This document shows, in pieces, positions 56,477 to 64,000 of a DNA stretch of 64,000 nt. Where the stretch lies: NCBI GenBank assembly GCA_049967255.1, contig JBMFTB010000001.1, forward strand, positions 17,017 to 81,016. Direction: 5' to 3'. The translations under genes and the position numbers were made by a program. Every line of letters starts with the position of its first letter. The stretch's first letter is position 1. The notes beneath the pieces were generated by a model. The model searched no databases. It saw nothing but the letters and a program-made list of their open reading frames with translations, and was not told the DNA's origin. The DNA comes from Thermoplasmata archaeon. Lineage in GTDB: Archaea; Thermoplasmatota; Thermoplasmata; Thermoplasmatales; ARK-15.

Positions 56477-57689
56477 CAAGATTCAACTCTCATTCAAGTA
56501 CAAGATTTACCCAACGAAAGAAGTAGAAGAGAAGCTACTCAAAGTGATGCAAATTGAGGCTAAAGTGTATAATACTTTGTTAGATGCGGTGAATAATGCA
56601 AGAAAAGAGGGAAGAAAGATAACACCTAAGGACACTCAAAACATATTGAAAGATCTGAACGTGGAGAGAAAAGATCTGGTCTACTCCAAAGCTCTTCAAA
56701 TGGTGAACAATCAACTATGGTATAACATCAACACTCTTCACGAACTGAAGAATAAAGGAAAGAAAGTGGGGAAACTGAGGTACAAGAAGATCATGAAGGT
56801 CATCAACTATAATCAATCTGGTTTCAAAGTGGTTGGGGACAAACTGATCCTCTCAAAGATAGGAGAGATAAGAGTACTCTTCCACAGACCGTTAGAAGGT
56901 GAGATAAAAGGAATAATAATAAATAAGAGTGCGACTGGCTGGTATGCAATATTTCAAGTTGAGGTAGAAAAGGAACCTCTTGAAAGGACTGGGAAAGTAG
57001 TAGGGATTGACTTAGGAGTAGAAAAGCTAGTAACTACTTCTGATGGCATAGTGATAGAGAATCCTAAATTCTTTGATAAGACCGAGAAAAGGATAAAGAT
57101 CTTGCAAAAGTCATCGTCAAGAAAGAAGAAAGGATCTAGAAACTACGAGAAGGTCAGAAAGAAGTTAGCCAAAAAACACGAGTATGAAAAGAACTTGATG
57201 GATGATTATATTCATAAGGTGACTTCATGGCTTGTGGAGCAGTATGATGAGATCTACGTAGAAGATCTTGATGTGAAGAAAATGGTTGAAGATAGTAACA
57301 GTAAAACTTTGAGAAAGCATATCCTTCACTCTAACTTCTCCAAGTTCATGAGCTACCTCTCCTACAAGGCTAGTAGAGCTGGTAGGAGAGTAGTGAAAGT
57401 AGATCCAAGAAATACTTCAAAAACATGTGGTAAGTGTGGTTACGTGAAAAAAGACCTAACTCTATCTGATCGTGTCTTCTCATGTCCCAAGTGCGGTTGG
57501 ACTGTAGACCGTGATTATAATGCATCTCTAAATATTCTTCGTGCGGGGTTGGGACTACCCTTGGAGCCTATGGACAGGAAACCTCTGCAGTATATTCCCT
57601 TTTCCGAGGGAGTGTATAGTAAGTTTCCTGGAAGAAGAAGGAAATATCCATCGCGAGGTGGAGATGCCCCGTCCCTAAGGGCGGGGTAG
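56451..57689 (+). CDS. tnpB: TnpB (IS605 OrfB) RNA-guided endonuclease, catalytic residues intact
   Basis: 'YKIYPTKE' N-terminus. RuvC-I 'VVGIDLGV', RuvC-II 'IYVEDLDV', Zn finger 'CGKCGYV..CPKCGWT', RuvC-III 'VDRDYNASLNI'. Overlaps tnpA by 26 nt. Confidence 0.92.
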   Translation: MWRAKEKNNKIQLSFKYKIYPTKEVEEKLLKVMQIEAKVYNTLLDAVNNARKEGRKITPKDTQNILKDLNVERKDLVYSKALQMVNNQLWYNINTLHELKNKGKKVGKLRYKKIMKVINYNQSGFKVVGDKLILSKIGEIRVLFHRPLEGEIKGIIINKSATGWYAIFQVEVEKEPLERTGKVVGIDLGVEKLVTTSDGIVIENPKFFDKTEKRIKILQKSSSRKKKGSRNYEKVRKKLAKKHEYEKNLMDDYIHKVTSWLVEQYDEIYVEDLDVKKMVEDSNSKTLRKHILHSNFSKFMSYLSYKASRAGRRVVKVDPRNTSKTCGKCGYVKKDLTLSDRVFSCPKCGWTVDRDYNASLNILRAGLGLPLEPMDRKPLQYIPFSEGVYSKFPGRRRKYPSRGGDAPSLRAG

Positions 57690-57695
57690 TTCACG
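57480..57695 (+). ncRNA. putative omega-RNA (reRNA) scaffold region overlapping the tnpB 3' end and IS right end; extent is a guess
   Basis: By analogy with characterised TnpB systems. Only the terminal hairpin (57667-57686) is directly visible. Confidence 0.3.
57667..57686 (+). repeat. right-end subterminal bulged hairpin of the IS
   Basis: CCCCG(T)CCC-TAA-GGGCGGGG, inside the last tnpB codons. Confidence 0.55.
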
Positions 57696-57717
57696 TAAAA
57701 TTGATTATGATAAAAAT

Positions 57718-59418
57718 ATGGATAGGATAAAAATTCTGGACAGCGAAACAATCAATTTGATAGCAGCAGGTGAAGTGATAGAAAGGCCTGCCAGTGTTGT
57801 TAAAGAACTTATGGAAAATTCCATTGATGCTAATTCAACTGAAATAATTGTGAATATAGAATCAGGTGGAAAAAAATTGATTCAGGTATCAGATAATGGT
57901 ATAGGGATGAGCAGGAAAGATGCAATTTTAAGCATAAGCAAGCATGCCACAAGCAAAATATCTGGCAAGGATGATCTTAGGAAAATCATGACACTTGGTT
58001 TTAGGGGTGAGGCTTTGTACAGTATTGCATCTGTTTCTCAATTGGAAATACATACAGGAGAAGGTTTTGATAGCCCATCCACATTGTTAAAGGTAGATTT
58101 TGGTAAAATAATAGACATCCAGGATAGGGATCCAAAAAAAGGCACATCTGTAAAGGTGATCAATCTTTTTGAAAATTTACCTGCAAGAAAAAAGTTCCTG
58201 AAAGGCGATCAGCAGGAGTTTAAATTTATTGAGAATGTATTTATTCCTTATGCTCTTGAAAACGAAAATTTGACTTTAAAACTTTTACACAACAATAAAA
58301 TTATCATGGATCTTCCCGCTGTTGAAACACTTACCCAAAGAATTGCCCAGATTTATTCACCAGATGATGCCTTAAATGTTATCGAAATAAATTATACAAG
58401 CAATAATATAAAACTTAAGGGAATAATTTCAAAGCCGAAAATATCAAGAAAAACAAAGGATCATATGTTCATATTTGTGAATGGTAGATACGTTCAGGCA
58501 AATGAAATTATAGATTCAATTATTGAAGGTTATGGTTCATTACTTTTCCATGACAGATATCCCATTGTTGTCTTGAAAATTGAAATCCCGCCAGAAGAGA
58601 TAGATGTGAACATCCATCCTGCAAAATTAAGAATAAAATTCCTTGATGAATATTCTGTAAAAAAATTTGTAAGGGAAAGTATTTCTAATGCGCTTACTGG
58701 ATTAAATTTGATACCCACGGAAGAACCAAAGGCAAATCCCGTATTGGAGAAAATGCCAGATATGCTTGAACCTTTAAATAAATCAGAATTTTTCCAATTT
58801 ACAGCTCCTGTTGTTCAAAAGAAGATTGAAGAACATATACCTGACATTGGAGGTTTAAGGATAATTGGGCAATTTGCACAGACATATATTTTATGCGAAT
58901 TACCAGATGCACTTTTGCTTATAGACCAGCATGCTGCACATGAAAGGATAAGGACGGAGAAATTCCTTGAAGATATGGAAAAAAAGAATTTCCAGAAATT
59001 AATTTCCCCGATGGTAATAACCCTTTCCCAGCAAGATGCTCAACTTTTAAGAGAAAATATTAACATTTTTGAAGAATTTGGATTTTCAATTGATGTTTAC
59101 CAGAGATCAGTATCAATAAAATCTGTTCCATCAATATTCAGAAATGATGAGATAATGGAGGCGATCATTGAGGGTATTGATCAGATAAGAAGCTCAGGTA
59201 ATGTAAAAATAGAGGGGGAAAAGAAATTTCAGGTAGCTGCCTTGATGGCATGCAAAGGTGCCATAAAGGCAAATGAAAAATTATCTGAAAAAGATATGAA
59301 ATCCCTGATTTTAGATTTAATGAAATGTAAAAATCCATACACCTGCCCCCATGGCAGACCAACAATGATAAAAATGGAAATAAAGGAATTGGAAAAAATG
59401 TTTAAAAGAAGAATTTAG
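57718..59418 (+). CDS. mutL: DNA mismatch repair protein MutL (endonuclease-proficient type)
   Basis: GHKL ATPase 'AAGEVIERPASVVKELMENSIDA', 'DNGIGM', 'LGFRGEAL'. Endonuclease motif 'DQHAAHERIRTE' matches DQHA(X)2E(X)4E. C-terminal 'CPHGRP'. Confidence 0.92.
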   Translation: MDRIKILDSETINLIAAGEVIERPASVVKELMENSIDANSTEIIVNIESGGKKLIQVSDNGIGMSRKDAILSISKHATSKISGKDDLRKIMTLGFRGEALYSIASVSQLEIHTGEGFDSPSTLLKVDFGKIIDIQDRDPKKGTSVKVINLFENLPARKKFLKGDQQEFKFIENVFIPYALENENLTLKLLHNNKIIMDLPAVETLTQRIAQIYSPDDALNVIEINYTSNNIKLKGIISKPKISRKTKDHMFIFVNGRYVQANEIIDSIIEGYGSLLFHDRYPIVVLKIEIPPEEIDVNIHPAKLRIKFLDEYSVKKFVRESISNALTGLNLIPTEEPKANPVLEKMPDMLEPLNKSEFFQFTAPVVQKKIEEHIPDIGGLRIIGQFAQTYILCELPDALLLIDQHAAHERIRTEKFLEDMEKKNFQKLISPMVITLSQQDAQLLRENINIFEEFGFSIDVYQRSVSIKSVPSIFRNDEIMEAIIEGIDQIRSSGNVKIEGEKKFQVAALMACKGAIKANEKLSEKDMKSLILDLMKCKNPYTCPHGRPTMIKMEIKELEKMFKRRI

Positions 59419-60323
59419 CTCATTAATTTGATCATTAATGCTTTCTGAGCATGAAGTCTGTTCTCGGCTTCATCAAAAACGACACTGTTTGGACCATCTA
59501 TTACTTCGGATGTTACCTCTAAACCCCTATGTGCAGGTAAACAGTGCATAAATATGTAATCCTTCTTTGCATTCTTAACAAGATTTGCATTTATCTGATA
59601 ATCTTTGAATGCCTTTTCTTTCTTTTCCTTCTCAGCTTCCTCTCCCATTGATACCCATACGTCAGTGTAAATTACATCAGCATCCTTTGCGGCCTCAATC
59701 GGGTCGTTTGTGACCACAATTTTAGATTTTCCATTTGCAATCTTTCTTGCAAGTGTTACATAATCATCCTTTATTTCATATCCTTTTGGTGATGCAATAT
59801 AAAAGTCTGCGCTAACGATTGCACATCCAAGCATTAATGAATTTGCAACATTATTTCCATCACCAATGAAAGAAACTTTCAAACCTTTTAACTTTCCCTT
59901 CTTTTCAAGGATTGTCATCAAATCTGCAATGATCTGGGCAGGGTGTTCCACATCGTCAAGAGCATTTATTACAGGTACAGTTGCATTCTGCGCCAGGTTT
60001 ATTACCATCTTATGGTCAAAGGCCCTGTAGATTATACCATCAACAAATCTGCTGAGTACTTTTGCTGTATCTTCAATTGTTTCTCCTCTGCCCATCTGTA
60101 GATCTCTTGGACTCATGTAAAGTGCATGACCACCAAGCTGTGTCATGCCAACTTCAAAGCTTGTCCTCGTTCTTGTCGAAGGCTTTTCAAATATCATTGC
60201 AAGACTCTTCCCTTTTAAAGCTTCACTGTATTTTTTTGGATTTTTCTTTATTTCCATGCCTAATTTTATTATTTCCAGAAGATCGTCTTTAACATCCAGT
60301 ATTGAAACAAGATCTCTTTTCAT
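59415..60323 (-). CDS. argF: ornithine carbamoyltransferase (probably catabolic, given the adjacent arcA)
   Basis: 'EKPSTRTRTSFE', 'SMG', 'HCLPAHRGLEV'. Start set to MKRDL. Confidence 0.9.
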   Translation of the reverse strand: MKRDLVSILDVKDDLLEIIKLGMEIKKNPKKYSEALKGKSLAMIFEKPSTRTRTSFEVGMTQLGGHALYMSPRDLQMGRGETIEDTAKVLSRFVDGIIYRAFDHKMVINLAQNATVPVINALDDVEHPAQIIADLMTILEKKGKLKGLKVSFIGDGNNVANSLMLGCAIVSADFYIASPKGYEIKDDYVTLARKIANGKSKIVVTNDPIEAAKDADVIYTDVWVSMGEEAEKEKKEKAFKDYQINANLVKNAKKDYIFMHCLPAHRGLEVTSEVIDGPNSVVFDEAENRLHAQKALMIKLMS

Positions 60324-60365
60324 TATAAACACCTTAGCCCTTGTAATAAATACGATTATTAAAAA

Positions 60366-61622
60366 TTAAGCTCTTTCCAGTGTTGCAGTCATGCAATGTG
60401 CTCCGCCATAGCCACCCGTTAGCTCAATCAAATCTGCATTTATAAAATCTATGCCCTCTTTTTTAACATCCATCCTATTTGGAAAAATATCTGATCCTAA
60501 TTTATTTAATTCGGAAATTACCACTTCTTCTGTCTGAATATTAAATGCTTTTTCTGATAACAATCTTTCAATTACTTTTCTCACGTTCACTGTAATGATT
60601 TTTCTATCGGCCAAAGTAAGGAAGTTTGAAGAATAAGCCAATTGTTCTGGAATAGATAAATCTATAAAATTGAAATCCTTGGATTTCAAATATTCAAAAA
60701 GTGTTGATTCACCAGATTTTTTATAATTTGCTCTGCTCTCCTTTGAATAAATTGTACCCCTTGCAATTTTAGCCAAATATGTTGATGTGATTGCAATTCC
60801 ATTACCCGCAATATTGAAATAAGTATCAAGGTGCATATTCACCATTTTATTTTCCTTTGCAAAGTCATAAACAGGGTTTTCAACAATAAATATCTCATCT
60901 GAATCTATCTTACCTGAAAACATTGCCTGATATGCACCTTCTTCATCAGTTCTTGAGCCTATGCCTATTATTGAAAAATCACCTGCAGGCATAAAATCAC
61001 CCCCTTCAAAATGCCCTTTTTTATCTATTTCAAATGCATCTTTTATTTCAAAAACATTTTCTATTACAAATTTTGTAATATCTATTTCTCTTTTTCTCTG
61101 TTCCATTTTCATATTCCCTATTATGATACCATTATCAGCTACGGCCTGCTGATCACGCATAAAATAAAGATTTGCAAGTGGAAGGTTAGAATACACGGAA
61201 GGGTAATCAAACGTATGATCATTGTTGCTCTTTAGAATAATCGATGGTTCAAGAACCATTAGATCAAAAAGTGTTTTACTATCAAAAAATTCAACATTTT
61301 TCCTAAAATTTTTTTCAGCATCTGATGAATCCTCAATAGTTCCATAAAAATGAACTTTTTTCAACAAATAATCCAGTATCATTTTTCTAAATGTTTCTGA
61401 ATTATCAGACTTGTTAATTATCTCTTTATCTAACCTGTGAACATTAATCCCATTTTCCTTGAGGATTTCCTCAAGCTTCATATGCTCTTCAACTGCTTTA
61501 GGAACATTAAAAACCCTTTCAAAAAGGAAAGGTTTTGGAGCGAGCATGGCATATTCAATTTCAACGGATGGTCTGTGAATCATTATTTCCTTCAATTTCA
61601 ACCATTCAGCCTTTGCTTTCAT
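60366..61622 (-). CDS. arcA: arginine deiminase
   Basis: 418 aa; 'FMRDQQAV', 'HLDTYFN', C-terminal catalytic Cys 'GGYGGAHCMTATLER'. Confidence 0.88.
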   Translation of the reverse strand: MKAKAEWLKLKEIMIHRPSVEIEYAMLAPKPFLFERVFNVPKAVEEHMKLEEILKENGINVHRLDKEIINKSDNSETFRKMILDYLLKKVHFYGTIEDSSDAEKNFRKNVEFFDSKTLFDLMVLEPSIILKSNNDHTFDYPSVYSNLPLANLYFMRDQQAVADNGIIIGNMKMEQRKREIDITKFVIENVFEIKDAFEIDKKGHFEGGDFMPAGDFSIIGIGSRTDEEGAYQAMFSGKIDSDEIFIVENPVYDFAKENKMVNMHLDTYFNIAGNGIAITSTYLAKIARGTIYSKESRANYKKSGESTLFEYLKSKDFNFIDLSIPEQLAYSSNFLTLADRKIITVNVRKVIERLLSEKAFNIQTEEVVISELNKLGSDIFPNRMDVKKEGIDFINADLIELTGGYGGAHCMTATLERA

Positions 61623-61698
61623 GAAGATACACGGAAATGAGAAAATACTTAAAGATTTTTAGGCAAAATTTATTATTTGAAAATTCTTTAATGCACTA

Positions 61699-63045
61699 AT
61701 GATTGTCATAATTGGCCTGGGTACTTCTGGTGTTTATGCAACGAGATGGATAACTACACTTAACAGAGATGAAGAAATTACAATTATTGAAAGACATAGT
61801 TATGAATCTTATTCCCCATGCGGTATTCCACTAATACTTAAAAAGATTGATGATTTTTCAAAATTGAAACATCCTTTTCCAAGAACTAAAAGAATAAATG
61901 TGCTCATTGAGCATGAGGCTATTGGTATCGATGCAGAGAATAAAATTATAAAGGTCCTGGACAAAGAAAATAAAGAAATAAAAGAAATAAAATATGATAA
62001 ATTGTTGTTTGCAGCAGGTGCAGATCCTTTAATTCCAAAAATTAAGAATGCAAATGAATACATGAATAATGGTATTTTTGTTGTTAAAACGCTTGAAGAT
62101 GCAAATTCTATCAAAGTATATTTGCAAGAGAATAATGTTAAGGATGTTTCTGTGATAGGTGCAGGAGCAATTGGTCTTGAAATTGCTCATGCATTGAAAA
62201 CGCTTGGTTTTAATGTTCATGTCTTTGAAATGTTAACACAGCCATTTCCCAATGTGCTTGACCCTGAAGTTGCTGATATTGTAAAACTGGAATTAGAAAA
62301 ACAAGGAATAATATTGCATTTAAGTTCTAGAGTTGATGAGATAATTATAGATAATGGTAAAATAAATGGTGTAAAATCTGGGGATTTGAAATTTGAAAGT
62401 CAGGCCATTATCCTTGCAACAGGTGTTGTTCCAAATACAAAAATTCTTAATGGCATAATAAAGATGGAAAGAAATTTTATTCTGGTAAATGAAAGAATGC
62501 AAACTTCAAATAATAGCATTTATGCTGCTGGCGATTGCGTTTTAATCAATAATTATTTGAATGGATCACTAATGCCAGTACAGCTTGCAACTACTGCTGC
62601 AAAGCAGGGCATAGTTGCTGGTATAAATATGGCAGGTTATGATGCTATTTATAAGGGTGCGCTTGGAGCATTTGTTTCAACCATTGGAAAATTTGAAGTT
62701 GCTGCTGTGGGTATTACAGAAACAAAGGCAAAGGAAAAATTTGAAATAATAACGGCAAGGGCAAAGGCATTGGACAAACCAGAATATGCAGGTGGAGAAG
62801 AAATAACACTAAAAATCATCTGTGAAAAGAACCAAGGAATAATTTTAGGTGCACAGGCAGTGGGTAAAAATGCATCATCCAAAATCAATGTTCTTTCATT
62901 GGCTATAAGGAAAAAAGCAACAGTTTTTGACCTGAGTGCACTCGAAACAGCATATTGTCCTGAAGTATCTGATCTTTATGATGTTATTAATATGGCAGCT
63001 GACCTTGCCCTAAGGAAATTAAACCCTAAATCCTATGTTTTTTGA
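61699..63045 (+). CDS. pyridine nucleotide-disulfide oxidoreductase (NADH oxidase / CoA-disulfide reductase type, single redox Cys)
   Basis: 'IVIIGLGTSGVYA', 'SYSPCGIP' (Cys42-type), second Rossmann motif 'VSVIGAGAIGLE', 'IYAAGDC'. Confidence 0.8.
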   Translation: MIVIIGLGTSGVYATRWITTLNRDEEITIIERHSYESYSPCGIPLILKKIDDFSKLKHPFPRTKRINVLIEHEAIGIDAENKIIKVLDKENKEIKEIKYDKLLFAAGADPLIPKIKNANEYMNNGIFVVKTLEDANSIKVYLQENNVKDVSVIGAGAIGLEIAHALKTLGFNVHVFEMLTQPFPNVLDPEVADIVKLELEKQGIILHLSSRVDEIIIDNGKINGVKSGDLKFESQAIILATGVVPNTKILNGIIKMERNFILVNERMQTSNNSIYAAGDCVLINNYLNGSLMPVQLATTAAKQGIVAGINMAGYDAIYKGALGAFVSTIGKFEVAAVGITETKAKEKFEIITARAKALDKPEYAGGEEITLKIICEKNQGIILGAQAVGKNASSKINVLSLAIRKKATVFDLSALETAYCPEVSDLYDVINMAADLALRKLNPKSYVF

Positions 63046-63956
63046 ATTTCTTTGAGCCTTAACCTAAGCTCGCAGGATTTGCAAATTCTTCCAACAGTTG
63101 GTTCACCACATATTTCACATTTGTTCAATTTAAAATTCTTATAATTTTCTGATATAAGATCCCTTATCTGATCATAAACAGATAGTATTGCATGTCTCGA
63201 CCCGGGGCTTCTATTTTCCCAGTTATCTATTGCTGACCTGAACTGGTTTCTGAGCGCAAGATCTGCATAAGGACAGGTACCATGATAAAATTCTATCCCA
63301 TTCAATATTGCATAAAGCAGAACCTCTTTTTCAGGAATTTTTCTTAATGGTTGAATTCTTGGAATAAGATCCTCTTTGATTATCATATGAGGACCCAATC
63401 TAGCAAGCCTATCAAGGTCACCCCTAACAAAGTTCATAATTATGCTCTGTGCAGTATCATCCAAATTTAGGCCAGTAGCAACATAATCAGCATCGAGTTC
63501 CCTTGCTGCCTTGTTGAGAAGATTTCTCCTGAAAACACCGCAATAAGTGCATGGTATTAATTCGTGATCTATTTTTGCCACTTCATCCATTGTATAATCA
63601 AAATAATCCTTGAACCTAAAAACGCGATGCTCAATTCCTATTTTTTTCAGGTATGGCATCAATATTTCAAGAGCCATATTCCTATATCCTTCAATACCCT
63701 CATCTATTGTTACAGCAATTATTTCAATATCTTTTCTATGTGAAAGAATTTTCTTTAGTAGGTAAGCAGTAGTGGTTGAATCTTTTCCTCCAGAAACACC
63801 AACCACAATCCTATCACCAGCATTTAGATCCACTTGCCTTCTAAGCTCATGTTTTACCCTTGTTTCAAGAAATTCTATGAAATGCTCTTTGCATAGATGT
63901 TCACCATTATATCTGACGAATATTACAGCGTCTCTGTTACACCTTGAACATTTCAT
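63033..63956 (-). CDS. tRNA 2-thiolation PP-loop ATPase (TtuA/Ncs6 family)
   Basis: N-terminal 'CSRCNR..HLCKEHF' Zn finger, PP-loop 'VSGGKDS', 'CTYCGVFRR', C-terminal 'CEICGEPTVGRICKSC'. Confidence 0.8.
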   Translation of the reverse strand: MKCSRCNRDAVIFVRYNGEHLCKEHFIEFLETRVKHELRRQVDLNAGDRIVVGVSGGKDSTTTAYLLKKILSHRKDIEIIAVTIDEGIEGYRNMALEILMPYLKKIGIEHRVFRFKDYFDYTMDEVAKIDHELIPCTYCGVFRRNLLNKAARELDADYVATGLNLDDTAQSIIMNFVRGDLDRLARLGPHMIIKEDLIPRIQPLRKIPEKEVLLYAILNGIEFYHGTCPYADLALRNQFRSAIDNWENRSPGSRHAILSVYDQIRDLISENYKNFKLNKCEICGEPTVGRICKSCELRLRLKEIQKT

Positions 63957-64000
63957 TATTCAATCCCAATAGCAATTTTTATATATGGTTTTTCCCTCAG

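Larger units (their letters stand above)
55970..57695 (+). mobile_element. IS200/IS605-family insertion sequence (tnpA + tnpB); boundaries approximate
   Basis: GC-rich structured ends flank tnpA and tnpB. Left end 'GGGGCGAAAGTCCCC / CCTTCCGGGAAGG'. Right end is the bulged hairpin 'CCCCGTCCC-TAA-GGGCGGGG'. No terminal inverted repeats, as expected for this family. Confidence 0.85.

Noticed and set aside
1-64000. CRISPR arrays, rRNA genes, additional tRNAs, prophage or defence islands
   Set aside because: Reading the intergenic gaps showed no regularly spaced direct repeats, no rRNA-like conserved blocks and no further cloverleaf candidates. All gaps over 100 bp are accounted for by promoters or the two IS-derived elements.

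Overview
Visibly AT-rich archaeal chromosome segment (GC not computed), densely coded on both strands. Archaeal markers: topoisomerase VI A/B, ribosomal proteins L10e/L24e/S28e/L7Ae, FtsZ, RtcB, archaeal-type PheT, geranylgeranyl reductase. The gene content fits a peptide- or amino-acid-degrading, Thermoplasmata-like euryarchaeote, but I cannot name the species. Most of the window is housekeeping or catabolism: purH, a 5-gene peptide ABC transporter, aminotransferases, an M42 peptidase, acyl-CoA dehydrogenase/thiolase/DUF35, crotonase, mdh, moaA/moaE, arcA plus an OTCase, and several MFS transporters. There is one tRNA-Ser(UGA) and no rRNA or CRISPR array. Main points of interest follow. (1) A compact 4-gene cluster at 38.8-41.4 kb encodes a Gly/Trp/Tyr/Arg-rich coiled-coil mini-protein, a NifX/'orange protein'-like metallocluster domain with an RGG tail, and two MinD/ParA ATPases with inserted ferredoxin domains. 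This is an uncharacterised archaeal counterpart of the Desulfovibrio ORP complex and lies 2.3 kb from ftsZ. (2) A radical-SAM (Tes-like) / 58-aa ferredoxin / geranylgeranyl reductase operon; the ferredoxin is missing from the ORF track. (3) An intact IS200/IS605 element (tnpA plus a catalytically intact tnpB) ends about 23 bp upstream of an orphan, endonuclease-motif mutL. (4) An internally deleted IS605-type remnant keeps a related right end and sits about 58 bp upstream of ftsZ. (5) Other oddities: a PUA/PP-loop/ferredoxin fusion, an archaeal QueH (DUF208), a frameshifted GntR regulator, and a PD-(D/E)xK-like orphan. All family assignments come from motif reading by eye; no searches were run.
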